From the NCBI GenBank assembly GCA_965203175.1, contig OZ241867.1:5376001-5440000 (forward strand): a stretch of 64,000 bases of DNA, written 5' to 3'. The position numbers were made by a program, and so were the translations under genes. The stretch comes from Candidatus Latescibacterota bacterium (GTDB lineage Bacteria; Latescibacterota; UBA2968; UBA8231). Shown in pieces: positions 37,414-46,980 of the stretch. A model generated the notes under the pieces. The model was not told the DNA's origin. It was given only the letters and a program-made list of their open reading frames with translations, and did not search any database. Numbering within the stretch: position 1 is the first letter of the stretch; each line of letters opens with the position of its first letter.

Positions 37414-40290
37414 TCACAGCTTCTGCCGCTCGTCCTCGGGGTCGTAAAAGGGCAGCGCAGTCACCTCCGCTACACTCGTCGAGCCGTCGTCCAAGCGCAC
37501 TTCTACCCGCGAGCCGGGCGCAGCCATATCCGCTTCGACGAAGGCCAAGCCCAGCGGATAACCCAGCGTCGAGACCGGGGCGATGCTCGTTATGCGGCCG
37601 GCGATCCACCCGTTCCGCATGATCAAGTTGCACTCCTCGGGCAGCTTGCCGGCAAAATTAGCGGGCCACCGCACGCCGACGAGCGTGCGCCGAACTGGGC
37701 GCGCGGCGTAGGTTTGCAGGCTGCGCTGGCCGACGAAGAAGCGCTTGTTCTTGCCAATGGCCCACGCCAACCCCGCCTCTTGGGGATACGTCAGCGCGTC
37801 CGTGTCGTGGCCGACGATCAGGTGCCCTTTTTCCAAGCGCAACAGGCGCTGCGCCTCCACCCCAAAGGGCCGCGCACCGGCTTCCACCAGCGTCCGCCAT
37901 ACGTGCTCTCCCTCCCAAGCCGGCACGTGAATCTCATACCCCAGTTCGCCGACAAAACCCACCCGCATCACCAACGCCCGCACCCCGGCTACCTCGCCCT
38001 CGCGCACCCGCAGATAGGAGAAAGGTCCCGACCTCAGATCGATGTCTGTCAACTCCGCCAGCGCGTCGCGGCTTTCCGGACCAGCTAAATTGAACGCCGC
38101 CAGTTGACCCGTGACATTGCTCAAGGTCACGTCCAAGCCCCAGATTGCGGCCCAGCGCAGCATCTCGCGGTAAAAGGCCGCCGCGCCGCTGCTAGTCGTG
38201 GTCGCATAGAAGCGGTCTTCGGCCAACCGCGCAATCACCCCGTCCTCAATCACGACCCCGCTCTCGTCGAGCGCCACGCCATAGCGACAGCGGCCGACCG
38301 CCAGCTTCTTAAAGCGGCCAGTATAGAGACGCTCAAGTAGCTCGACAGCGTCCGGGCCGCTGACCTGCAATTTGCCCAGCGTGCTCACGTCGATGATCCC
38401 CAGACCAGCCCGCACCTGTTGCGCCTCCTGCACAATGCGCTCGTCGCGGCTGGCATTGCCGAGAGCATAGTATTCGGGCCGATACCAGTCGCCAGCGTGG
38501 GCAAAGACCGCGCCGTGCTCGCAATGCCAATCGTGGATCGGCGTCCGACGCATCGGGTGGAAGCGCCGGCCGGCCAAATGCCCCAGCGGCACCGACTGGT
38601 AGAAGGGACGGGCGGTCGTCGAGCCGGTCGCGGCAATGGTATCGCCGTTGAGTTTGGCCAAGATCCGCATCGCGTTCATGTTGGACAGCTTGCCTTGGCT
38701 CGGCCCCATCCCCACGGTGCTGTAGCGCTTGAGCAGTTCGACGCTGTCATAGCCCTCTTGGTGCGCATTGACAAAATCCGTCAAATGCAAATCCTCGTCG
38801 AAATCCACGAAATTCTTTTTGCTCGGATGGGCAAAAATCGGATAGCTGTGGCTGGGGGCTTCTCTCCCAAGCAGCGGAGGCGCGGGCACTTCGCCGTCGC
38901 CGTGGCCGGCGTAGTGCGCGGCCCTAAGCCCGGCGACCCGCCCGTCTTCCCGCTGCGCGTCTAGGTCGTACACCCCGCGACCGCGCCCAGCGACAAAGAC
39001 CCCGTCTGGACACGATTGCGGCACGAGTTGCTCCAGCGCCTCGTCGTACGCGAATTGCACTCCCGCTTGACTGGGCAGCGCGGCATTGGGCATCCAGCCA
39101 ACCGACGCGACAAGGCCGTCGCAGGCGATCTCGGTGCCGCGCTGGGCATCTATGGTGCCGTCTGCGGCTAGCGGGGCCACCACTGCGCCGCGCAGGCCAT
39201 TCTTCTGCCTATTCGGCATGGCCGCATAGATCGCGCAGCTGCTGTGGATCGGCACCCCGGCAGCAGCGATTTTTTTCGCTAGGGCCGACGGAGTCGCATC
39301 GGGACGCAAATCGGCAATAGCCGCCACCTCGACCCCTGCGTCGAGCATGTCCAACGCCACCCCGTACGCATCGCTATTGGCCGCTAGCACCACCATGCGG
39401 TCGCAAGGTTTGACTGCGTACAACTTCACCAACCGCTGGGCCGCCGACCCGAGCAGCACGCCCGGCAGGTCGTTGTGCCCAAAGACGGCGGGCTGCTCGA
39501 TCGCGCCGTTGGCATAGACGACAGCCGCAGCGCGCACCTTGGTCATCCGCACCGCGTCGAACAGGGCGACCCATCCGTCGGCGTAATGGCCACCGGCCAC
39601 CGTCCCACAGCGGATCTCCACACGGGGCAACTCAGCGAGCACCTCGACCAGCTCGTCGCAGTCCCCACCGTGCTGCCACGCCCAACTCCCCCCCAGACGC
39701 GCCTGTTCTTCGACCAACAAGACCCTAGCACCTGCTTCTCCCGCAGTCCTAGCCGCCTCCAACCCAGCCGCACCGCCACCCACAACCAGCACGTCACACC
39801 AAGCGTATTCCTTAGGGCTAGCCGTGGCCGCTTGGTCGCGATTGATCTGACCCAAGCCCGCTATCTGGCGAATGATCCGCTCGTGGAAAGGGAAAAGCCA
39901 CTGGGGGTGGTGAAATGTCTTGTAGTAAAAACCCACCGGCATGAAGCGGCCCAAAATCTCCAGCCACTTGAGCAGATCGCCTTTCAGCCCGCCGATGGTG
40001 TTGACGGCCCGCAGGTCCATGCCCGCGGCCAACGGCTCGCTATCGCCGCGCAGATGCGTGCGCTCGCCGTCTGTAAACAGCGCGTTGGCATCGTGACCAG
40101 CCAAGCTGTACGGCCCGCGCGGCCGGTGGTACTTGAAGCTGCGCCCCATCGTCTGCACACCATTGGCCAAGAGCGCAGTGGCGATCACATCGCCGGCAAA
40201 GCCGCTGAACTTTTCGCCCTCAAAGCGAAATTCAAGCGGCTGCGTCCGGTCAATCCACTCCCCAGGCTGTGCGGACAGGCGGCGCTTCAC
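37414..40290 (-). CDS. mgdC: N-methylglutamate dehydrogenase/sarcosine oxidase alpha subunit
   Basis: 'GRSFKYHRPRG', 'GFYYKTF', 'VELLKRYSTVGMGPSQGKLSN', 'TTARP', and GcvT-like C-terminus 'RVGFVGELGYEI', 'LRLEKGH'. GTG 40290 overlaps the stop of the delta subunit. Confidence 0.88.
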   Translation of the reverse strand: MKRRLSAQPGEWIDRTQPLEFRFEGEKFSGFAGDVIATALLANGVQTMGRSFKYHRPRGPYSLAGHDANALFTDGERTHLRGDSEPLAAGMDLRAVNTIGGLKGDLLKWLEILGRFMPVGFYYKTFHHPQWLFPFHERIIRQIAGLGQINRDQAATASPKEYAWCDVLVVGGGAAGLEAARTAGEAGARVLLVEEQARLGGSWAWQHGGDCDELVEVLAELPRVEIRCGTVAGGHYADGWVALFDAVRMTKVRAAAVVYANGAIEQPAVFGHNDLPGVLLGSAAQRLVKLYAVKPCDRMVVLAANSDAYGVALDMLDAGVEVAAIADLRPDATPSALAKKIAAAGVPIHSSCAIYAAMPNRQKNGLRGAVVAPLAADGTIDAQRGTEIACDGLVASVGWMPNAALPSQAGVQFAYDEALEQLVPQSCPDGVFVAGRGRGVYDLDAQREDGRVAGLRAAHYAGHGDGEVPAPPLLGREAPSHSYPIFAHPSKKNFVDFDEDLHLTDFVNAHQEGYDSVELLKRYSTVGMGPSQGKLSNMNAMRILAKLNGDTIAATGSTTARPFYQSVPLGHLAGRRFHPMRRTPIHDWHCEHGAVFAHAGDWYRPEYYALGNASRDERIVQEAQQVRAGLGIIDVSTLGKLQVSGPDAVELLERLYTGRFKKLAVGRCRYGVALDESGVVIEDGVIARLAEDRFYATTTSSGAAAFYREMLRWAAIWGLDVTLSNVTGQLAAFNLAGPESRDALAELTDIDLRSGPFSYLRVREGEVAGVRALVMRVGFVGELGYEIHVPAWEGEHVWRTLVEAGARPFGVEAQRLLRLEKGHLIVGHDTDALTYPQEAGLAWAIGKNKRFFVGQRSLQTYAARPVRRTLVGVRWPANFAGKLPEECNLIMRNGWIAGRITSIAPVSTLGYPLGLAFVEADMAAPGSRVEVRLDDGSTSVAEVTALPFYDPEDERQKL

Positions 40291-40550
40291 GCTTGGTCCT
40301 CCTCGCCCCACAAATAGGTGCGGACGATCTCGTCGCTAGCCGTGTCGCGCTCGGCGATAAACCAAGTGCTGCTAGCGCTGTGGTACCACCACTCGCGCTG
40401 GATGCCTGGCTCGCCGCAGCGGTTGAACACGTAGTCGGCCCACGCAGCGTCATCCGCTTTCTTAGGATCGGGCATGGGGCGCACCTCGCCGCCGAAGACG
40501 AATTCTGAGAGTGGGCGCGGCCCGTTGATTGGGCAGATGAGGATTTTCAC
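40287..40550 (-). CDS. mgdB: N-methylglutamate dehydrogenase/sarcosine oxidase delta subunit
   Basis: 'CPINGPRPLSEFVFGGE...WADYVF...EWWYH....WFIAERDT.SDEI'. Confidence 0.85.
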   Translation of the reverse strand: MKILICPINGPRPLSEFVFGGEVRPMPDPKKADDAAWADYVFNRCGEPGIQREWWYHSASSTWFIAERDTASDEIVRTYLWGEEDQA

Positions 40551-40568
40551 AGTCGTCCCCTTGCGTCA

Positions 40569-41813
40569 TTAGTGGCCAACGGACGCCGCTCCCTTCTCCC
40601 CGACCAACTCAAACGCACCAAAGCGCGACAGATTAAAAGCGCGGATCAGCGGATGATCCTCGTCGTGGGCGATGGTATGGGCCATGGTGTAACCGCAGAC
40701 CGGCGAGGCCTTAAAGCCCCAGGTGCCCCAACCCGCGTCGATGTAAAAGCCCACAATCGGCGTCGTGCCCATGATCGGCGAGAAGTCCGGGGTCATGTCG
40801 CACAATCCAGCCCATTGGCGCAGCACCTTGACGTCGCTCAAGCAGGGAAAGAGGTCGAGCATGTGCCCGGCCAACCCCTCGGCAAAGTCGAGCGTCGAGC
40901 GCATGGACGTCAGCTCGTAGGGATCCAAAGAGGCACCAGCGACCAACTCGCCGCGCGAGGATTGGCTGACGTACGTGTGCAGGCTGGCCGATACGACAAT
41001 CGCGTCGAGCCACGGCTTGAACGGCTCGGTGACAAACGCCTGCAGTGGATGTACCACCAGCGGCGAGCGCAAGCCGACCATCTGCTGTATCTGCGGCGTC
41101 CAGCCCGCCACCGCGCTGAGCACCTTGCGCGTCTGGATAAAACCGCGATCCGTGTGTACGCCCGCGACCCGACCGTCCTCAACTTCAATGTCGGTGACAC
41201 TGGTCTGCTGGTGGATTTCAACGCCGTTGCTGTCGGCCCCGCGCGCATAGGCCCACGCCACGGCATCGTGGCGGGCAATGGCCCCCGGCGGATGGTAGAG
41301 CGCGCCGACGATGGGCGGCTGGTGCCCGCCGCAGTTCAGGTCGATCTCGGGGATGGTCTTCTTGATGAACTCCGGGCCGACGACCTCGGAGTTGATGCCG
41401 AGGTGCTTGTTGACCTCGGCGCGCCAGCGCTGGGTGCGCAGCGCGGCCGGCGTGTGCGCCAAAGTGAAGTGGCCGCGCTCGGAATAGAACAGATTGTAGT
41501 CGAGCTTCCGCGACAAATCGCGGTACAGATCCACGCTGAATTGGTAAAAGCGCGCACCCTCTTCCGTCAGGTAATTCGAGCGGATGATGGCGGTATTGCG
41601 GCCGGTCCCGCCGTGGCCGATGTAGCGCTGTTCTAGCACGGCCACATCGCGGATGCCGTGCTCGTGGGCGAGATAGTGCGCCGCAGCTAGCCCGTGGCCG
41701 CCGCCGCCGATGATCACTACTTCATAGCTATCGCGCAACCGCTCGGGCGAGCGGAACATGCGCGGCTCAGAGTAATCCTTCTCGAAACCGTATTTGAGCA
41801 ACCGATAAGGCAT
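40569..41813 (-). CDS. mgdA: N-methylglutamate dehydrogenase/sarcosine oxidase beta subunit (FAD oxidoreductase)
   Basis: 'IIGGGGHGLAAAHYLA', 'GTGRNTAIIRSNY', 'ARHDAVAWAYA', 'QWAGLCDMTPDFSPIMG', 'GWGTWGFKA', 'EKGAASVGH'. Confidence 0.88.
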   Translation of the reverse strand: MPYRLLKYGFEKDYSEPRMFRSPERLRDSYEVVIIGGGGHGLAAAHYLAHEHGIRDVAVLEQRYIGHGGTGRNTAIIRSNYLTEEGARFYQFSVDLYRDLSRKLDYNLFYSERGHFTLAHTPAALRTQRWRAEVNKHLGINSEVVGPEFIKKTIPEIDLNCGGHQPPIVGALYHPPGAIARHDAVAWAYARGADSNGVEIHQQTSVTDIEVEDGRVAGVHTDRGFIQTRKVLSAVAGWTPQIQQMVGLRSPLVVHPLQAFVTEPFKPWLDAIVVSASLHTYVSQSSRGELVAGASLDPYELTSMRSTLDFAEGLAGHMLDLFPCLSDVKVLRQWAGLCDMTPDFSPIMGTTPIVGFYIDAGWGTWGFKASPVCGYTMAHTIAHDEDHPLIRAFNLSRFGAFELVGEKGAASVGH

Positions 41814-41817
41814 AGCC

Positions 41818-43176
41818 TCAGCACGAGGTCAAATACCGGTCGATCTCCCAGCGGCTGACTTGGCTGTCGTACTCGGCCCACTCGTCGGCTTTTATCTTGA
41901 GGAATTCGTCGGCGATGGGGCCTAGTGCGCTCTGCACCACTTCATCCTCGCCCAGCTCGTCGAGCGCCTCGGCCAGCGACTGGGGCAAAAGCTGTATCCC
42001 TTCCGCTTGGATCTCATCGAGAGAGCGCTCGTACATGTTGCCTAGGTTTGGCTCGCCCGGCTCCAAGCCGCGCTCAATGCCGTCGAGTCCGGCAACTAGA
42101 TAGGCAGCCAGAGCCAGATAGGGATTGGCCGCGGCGCTGATCGTGCGGTCTTCAAAATGTCCTTCTCCGGCCGTGCGGATCATCTGCGTGCGGTTGTTGT
42201 CACCGTAGGTAATAAATGCCGGCGTCCAAGTAAAACCCGAACGGCTCGAATAAATTCCAGCGCCGAGTTGCAGGCGCTTGTAGCAGTTCACCGTCGGGCT
42301 GGAGACCGCGCACAGGGCGCGTGCGTGGTGCAAAATGCCGCCGAGGAAGTGATAGGCCAGCTCAGAGCAGCCCAAGCCCCGCTTGTCTCCCTCGTCCAAA
42401 AAAAGATTCTCGCCCGACTCGGCGTCGGCCAGATGGTAGTGCGCGTGCAAGCCGCTGCCCGTGCGGTCGGCAAACGGCTTGGGCATGTGCGAGGCGATCG
42501 CGCCGTGCTTCTTGGCGATCTGCGAGGTGGCCATCTTGAAGAAAATGATGCGGTCCGACGTCGTCAGCGCGTCGGCATAGTCAAAGTTCACCTCGAACTG
42601 ACCGTTGGCGTCCTCGTGGTCGCACTGGTACACGCCCCAACCCAAGCTGTTGAGCGACAGCGTCAACTCCTGCAAGTACGCCATGGCTGGCGACATGGAG
42701 CGGAAGTCATAGCAGGGCTTGGCCAGCGAGTCCACCCCGTCTGGGTCCCAAGGCCGGATCGAGCCGTCGTCATTGCGCGCGAGGAGAAAATGCTCCGGCT
42801 CCATGCCCACGTTGAAGACATAGCCCTGTTGCCGGGCGTCGGCGAGCACCCGCTGGAGGTTGGTGCGCGAGCAATAGGGATAGGACTCCCCATCGACGAA
42901 CAGGTCGCTGGCAAAGCGCACGGTATTGGGCTGCCAAGACAGCCGCGCGTACGAATCGAGGTCGATCCGCGCCAGCATATCGTGCGAGTGCGGCCCCTGC
43001 CCCAAACCCCAAATAGACGCGCCGGCAAAGCCCGCGCCTTCGTCAAGCGCGTCGTCGAACGACGTCACCGGCACCATCTTCACTTTGGGCGCGCCGGTCA
43101 TATCGACGAACTGTACGAGTAGGAATTCAATGCCCTCTTGGGCGAGGCGTTCTTCGATCTCAGTGCGTTCAGTCAC
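41818..43176 (-). CDS. gmaS: Gamma-glutamylmethylamide synthetase (GlnT/type III glutamine synthetase-like)
   Basis: 'GAGFAG', 'YQCDHEDANGQFEVNFDYADAL', 'MPKPFADRTGSGLH', 'PTVNCYKRL', 'ITYGDNNRTQMIR'. GTG 43176 with AAGGAG RBS. Located between mgs and mgd genes. Confidence 0.85.
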   Translation of the reverse strand: MTERTEIEERLAQEGIEFLLVQFVDMTGAPKVKMVPVTSFDDALDEGAGFAGASIWGLGQGPHSHDMLARIDLDSYARLSWQPNTVRFASDLFVDGESYPYCSRTNLQRVLADARQQGYVFNVGMEPEHFLLARNDDGSIRPWDPDGVDSLAKPCYDFRSMSPAMAYLQELTLSLNSLGWGVYQCDHEDANGQFEVNFDYADALTTSDRIIFFKMATSQIAKKHGAIASHMPKPFADRTGSGLHAHYHLADAESGENLFLDEGDKRGLGCSELAYHFLGGILHHARALCAVSSPTVNCYKRLQLGAGIYSSRSGFTWTPAFITYGDNNRTQMIRTAGEGHFEDRTISAAANPYLALAAYLVAGLDGIERGLEPGEPNLGNMYERSLDEIQAEGIQLLPQSLAEALDELGEDEVVQSALGPIADEFLKIKADEWAEYDSQVSRWEIDRYLTSC

Positions 43177-44521
43177 AACAAGCTCCTTTATTAGTTGGCG
43201 TATTTCCAGGAATCCAATCCGTCCCGGCCAAAGGGATCTTGGCCATGGCCGCCGCCTCAATGGTCAGCGCCGCCAAATCCTCTGGCTCCAGATTGTGAAC
43301 GTGCGATTTGCCGCAGGCGCGGGCAATGGTCTGGCACTCCATGGTCATTACTCGCAGATAGTTGGCAAGCAGGCGTCCTCCCACCACCGGGTCGAGGCGC
43401 TGGGCCAATGTGTCGCTCTGGGTCGAGATGCCAGCCGGGTCTTGGCCGTCCTGCAAGTCGTCGTAAAAGCCAGCGGCCGTGCCGATTTTGCGGTACTCGG
43501 GATCCAAATTCGGACTGTTGTCGCCCAGCGCAATCAGCGCGGCCGTGCCAATCGAACAGGCATCCGCCCCCATCGCCAGGGCCTTGGCCACATCCGCGCC
43601 GCTGCGGATGCCGCCAGACACAACGAGCTGCACCTTGCGATGCATGTCCAACTCGTCGAGCGCCTCCACAGCTTGGCGCACGGCTGGCAGGGTCGGGATT
43701 CCCACGTGCTCGATGAATACCTCCTGGGTCGCACCCGTGCCACCCTGCATCCCGTCGAGCACCACCACGTCGGCTCCAGCCTTGATCGCCAAGAGCGTGT
43801 CGTAGTAGGTCCGCGTCGCGCCGATTTTGACGTAGATCGGCACCTGCCAATCAGTAATCTCGCGCAGTTCGATTATTTTGATCGCCAAATCGTCCGGGCC
43901 GGTCCAATCGGGATGGCGGCAGGCCGAGCGCTGGTCGATGTCCTTGGGCAAGGTCCGCATCTGGGCGACGCGGTCGCTGATCTTCTGACCCAAGAGCATT
44001 CCGCCACCGCCGGGCTTGGCCCCCTGGCCGAGCACCACCTCAATGGCGTCGGCCTTCCGCAGGTCGTCGGGATTCATGCCGTAGCGCGAGGGCAAAAGCT
44101 GGTACACCAAAATCCGCGACTGTTCGCGCTCCTCCGGCGTCATCCCGCCGTCGCCAGTCGTGGTACTCGTGCCCACTTCGCTGGCACCGCGGCCGAGCGC
44201 CTCTTTGGCCTGCGCCGACAGCGAGCCAAAGCTCATCCCCGCGATGGTAATGGGAATGTCGAGGTGGATCGGGTTTTTGGCGTAGCGCGTGCCCAGCACC
44301 ACATCGGTGTCGCAGCGCTCGCGGTAGCCTTCCAGCGGATAGCGCGACATGCTCGCGCCCAAAAAGACCAAGTCGTCAAAATGGGGCACCCGGCGCTTGG
44401 CCCCCCAGCCGCGGATATCGTAGATCCCGGTCTGCGCAGCGCGCTGGATCTCGTAGATGACGTCGCGGCCAAAGGTCGCCGATTCGCGCAGGCCCTCTGG
44501 GCTGTAGTGTGATTGCATCAT
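43169..44521 (-). CDS. mgsC: N-methylglutamate synthase FMN-binding subunit (GlxD-like)
   Basis: 'LRESATF...IYEIQRAAQTGIYDIRG.GAKRRVPHFDDL.FLGAS.SRYPLEGYRE', 'GQGAKPGGGGMLLGQK', 'RSACRHPDWTGPDDL'. Confidence 0.9.
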   Translation of the reverse strand: MMQSHYSPEGLRESATFGRDVIYEIQRAAQTGIYDIRGWGAKRRVPHFDDLVFLGASMSRYPLEGYRERCDTDVVLGTRYAKNPIHLDIPITIAGMSFGSLSAQAKEALGRGASEVGTSTTTGDGGMTPEEREQSRILVYQLLPSRYGMNPDDLRKADAIEVVLGQGAKPGGGGMLLGQKISDRVAQMRTLPKDIDQRSACRHPDWTGPDDLAIKIIELREITDWQVPIYVKIGATRTYYDTLLAIKAGADVVVLDGMQGGTGATQEVFIEHVGIPTLPAVRQAVEALDELDMHRKVQLVVSGGIRSGADVAKALAMGADACSIGTAALIALGDNSPNLDPEYRKIGTAAGFYDDLQDGQDPAGISTQSDTLAQRLDPVVGGRLLANYLRVMTMECQTIARACGKSHVHNLEPEDLAALTIEAAAMAKIPLAGTDWIPGNTPTNKGACCD

Positions 44522-44528
44522 AGAGCGT

Positions 44529-45221
44529 CTAGTACTGGGATGCGTTGTCCACCTTGAAGTTGTAAAGCTGGCGCGCCGACCCGTAGCGGCGAAACTCTTC
44601 CGGGCGCACATCGGGCAAATCCGCCCGCGCCAGCAGCTCGGCCAACGCGCTCAAATGCTCGTCGCGCATGGGCTTTTCAATGCAGTCGGCCCCCAAGCCC
44701 GCGACCCGGCCACGCACGAAAATCCGTGCCTCGTACAGCGAGTCGCCCAACGCCTCGTCAGCATCGCCGCAGACGACTAAGTTGCCGGCTTGGGCCATAA
44801 AGCAACTGCTGTGGCCGACCGAACCGCCGACCACAATATCGATCCCCTTCATCGAAATCCCGCAGCGGCTCGACGCGTCGCCCTCAATGACCAGCAGACC
44901 GCCGTGTCCGGTGGCCCCAGCGCACTGGCTGGCGTGGCCTTTCACCCTTACCACCCCCGACATCATGTTCTCGGCCACCCCGACCCCGACCATCCCGTGG
45001 ACAGTGATGTAAGCGCGCTGATTCATGCCAGCGCAATAATAGCCAACGTGGCCTTCGATATCGATTTCCACCGGCACATCGACTCCGGCGGCTACTGCGT
45101 GCGCACCCCGAGGATGTAAAATCCGCCACGGCGTCTTGGCCGTCTCCTCGGTCAGGTCGTGCAGGCGCTGGTTGAGCTGGCGCAACTCTCCGGTCGCCAA
45201 GTCGAAAACCTCCGCACCCAT
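44529..45221 (-). CDS. mgsB: N-methylglutamate synthase GXGXG subunit (GlxC-like)
   Basis: 'GHVGYYCAGMN', 'GVAENMMSG', 'RCGISMKGIDIVVGG', 'LGDSLYEA', 'RYGSARQLYNF'. TGATG coupling to mgsA. Confidence 0.9.
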   Translation of the reverse strand: MGAEVFDLATGELRQLNQRLHDLTEETAKTPWRILHPRGAHAVAAGVDVPVEIDIEGHVGYYCAGMNQRAYITVHGMVGVGVAENMMSGVVRVKGHASQCAGATGHGGLLVIEGDASSRCGISMKGIDIVVGGSVGHSSCFMAQAGNLVVCGDADEALGDSLYEARIFVRGRVAGLGADCIEKPMRDEHLSALAELLARADLPDVRPEEFRRYGSARQLYNFKVDNASQY

Positions 45222-46123
45222 CAATCGGCTCCTCCCCAGGTGTACACCCGCGCCGGCTTGGGCTCCCACACCTCTGCATCGTCGATCCCCGGCAAGCTCG
45301 ATAGCGCCTGGAACTCGCTGGCCATCGCCACGTACTCATCCGTCTCGGCCAGCACCGCCGGCTTGCAGGCGATCGGGTCGCGCAAAACCGCAAAGCCATC
45401 AGCCGTGCCAATGGCAAAGGTATAAAAGCCGTCGAGATCGTCGAGCGCCTCTTGCAGGGCCGCTTGCAAGGTATCCCCCTGCTGCATCCGCCACATCAAG
45501 TAGCCAGCGGCCACCTCCGAGTCGTTTTCCGTGCGAATTTCGATTCCGTTGCGCTCCAAGCGCGTGCGCAGCCGGTTGTGATTGCTCAGCGACCCGTTGT
45601 GTACGAGGCAGAGGTCCATGCCTGTGGAAAAGGGATGAGAGCCGTCGGTGGTCACCGCGCTCTCGGTGGCCATGCGCGTGTGGCCGATGATGTGCGTACC
45701 GTGCATCTTGCGCACGCCAAAGCGATCGACGATTTCAGCGGGCGCGCCGATCTCTTTGAGGATCTCAATGCTGCGGCCGATGCTCATCACCGTCAGGCCA
45801 GAGTCTGAGTCAGCTAGCGCTCGCCCCAGCGAGTCGGCGTCGGCACACACCGCGATAACCGCGTAGTTGGCGTTGACGCGCAGGCTAGCCTCGCAGCTAA
45901 AGCGCGTGCCGAGTTGGTCGGCCAGCCCAGGCCAGTCGTAGTCGTCGGCCGCGTGCCGCAAGGTGACTTTGATAAAGCCTTCCGGCGGCTCATTGCCATA
46001 GAGCGCTAACCCCGCGCTATCGGGGCCGCGGTCGCTCATGCATATCAGCATCTCGGCGAACAGCGCGCCGAGTTGGTCAGCCAAGTCGTGTTTTTTTACG
46101 TATAGCCCAACAATACCGCACAT
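45221..46123 (-). CDS. mgsA: N-methylglutamate synthase class II amidotransferase subunit (GlxB-like)
   Basis: N-terminal MCGIVG, 'RGPDSAG', 'GHTRMATESAVTTDGSHPF', 'HNGSLSNHN', 'RDPIACKPAV'. Confidence 0.9.
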   Translation of the reverse strand: MCGIVGLYVKKHDLADQLGALFAEMLICMSDRGPDSAGLALYGNEPPEGFIKVTLRHAADDYDWPGLADQLGTRFSCEASLRVNANYAVIAVCADADSLGRALADSDSGLTVMSIGRSIEILKEIGAPAEIVDRFGVRKMHGTHIIGHTRMATESAVTTDGSHPFSTGMDLCLVHNGSLSNHNRLRTRLERNGIEIRTENDSEVAAGYLMWRMQQGDTLQAALQEALDDLDGFYTFAIGTADGFAVLRDPIACKPAVLAETDEYVAMASEFQALSSLPGIDDAEVWEPKPARVYTWGGAD

Positions 46124-46217
46124 TGCATACTAGTCATTTTAGGACGATTTTTTCGCTCGCGGATAGAGTAAACTACACAATCGCTTAATGCGCAACAAAC
46201 ACAGCGAGGCAAATGAT

Positions 46218-46913
46218 ATGGCCAAATTTCCAGCAGTACAAGCCCTCACTTTCGACCTGTTCGGCACCGTCCTCGACTTGGGCGGCAGCCTGACCCCGGC
46301 CATCGCGTCCTATCTGCGCGATAAAGGGTCTTCAGTCCCGCCCGAGCACCTGTGGAACCAATGGCGGGCGCGCCAGCGCCTGGAGCAATATCAGGACAAT
46401 ATCCTCCTGCTAGGCCACAGCGGCTATTTGGAAACGGTGCGGCGGGCCTTGATTTACGTCTTGGCATTGGAGGGAATAGACCCAGACGAAGAGGATGTCC
46501 CCCGTCTCATGAAAGCCTGGCAGCACCTTAACCCCTTCGCCGATGTGAGGGCGGCGCTCGAAAAGCTACAGGGGCGCTACCGCCTAGTCGCACTGTCCAA
46601 TGGCGAAGCGGACTTTTTGGCCCATCTAGCGACCAACCGCATTGGCTGGGACTTCGACCGCATTATCTCAGTCGAAGAAGTAGGTGCCTTCAAACCACAC
46701 CCTGGGGTGTATCGCCGAGCCGCGACCTTGCTGGACTTGGAAGTGGGACAGTGCATGATGGTTTCGGCCAATTCCTTCGACGTGCTGGGGGCGCGGGCCT
46801 GCGGCATGAGAGCAGCCTTCGTCAACCGCAACGTCCTGCCCTACGAAGAAACGCCGTACCGGCCCGATGTGGAGGTGGGAAATTTTACCGAGCTAACCGA
46901 GGCGCTGTTGTGA
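46218..46913 (+). CDS. Haloacid dehalogenase type II-like HAD hydrolase
   Basis: 'FDLFGTVLD', 'WRARQ', 'LSNG', 'FKPHPGVY', 'MVSANSFDVLGARACG'. Likely start ATG 46218. Confidence 0.87.
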   Translation: MAKFPAVQALTFDLFGTVLDLGGSLTPAIASYLRDKGSSVPPEHLWNQWRARQRLEQYQDNILLLGHSGYLETVRRALIYVLALEGIDPDEEDVPRLMKAWQHLNPFADVRAALEKLQGRYRLVALSNGEADFLAHLATNRIGWDFDRIISVEEVGAFKPHPGVYRRAATLLDLEVGQCMMVSANSFDVLGARACGMRAAFVNRNVLPYEETPYRPDVEVGNFTELTEALL

Positions 46914-46980
46914 AGAAACAGGGAAGAAGCGAAAAAGTTGCAAGAGCGAGCCAGAAGATCGAAACTAGGCGGTTGATGAC

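Noticed and set aside
37414-41813. Calling these genes plain sarcosine oxidase soxBDA
   Set aside because: Direct coupling to mgsABC-gmaS and the delta-subunit motif favour N-methylglutamate dehydrogenase. Phylogeny would be decisive.
42926-44512. 528-aa plus-strand ORF, and similar long antisense ORFs (21902-22978, 40572-41636, 42157-43122, 12753-13604)
   Set aside because: They are shadows of well-supported opposite-strand genes in high-GC DNA and show no recognisable motifs.
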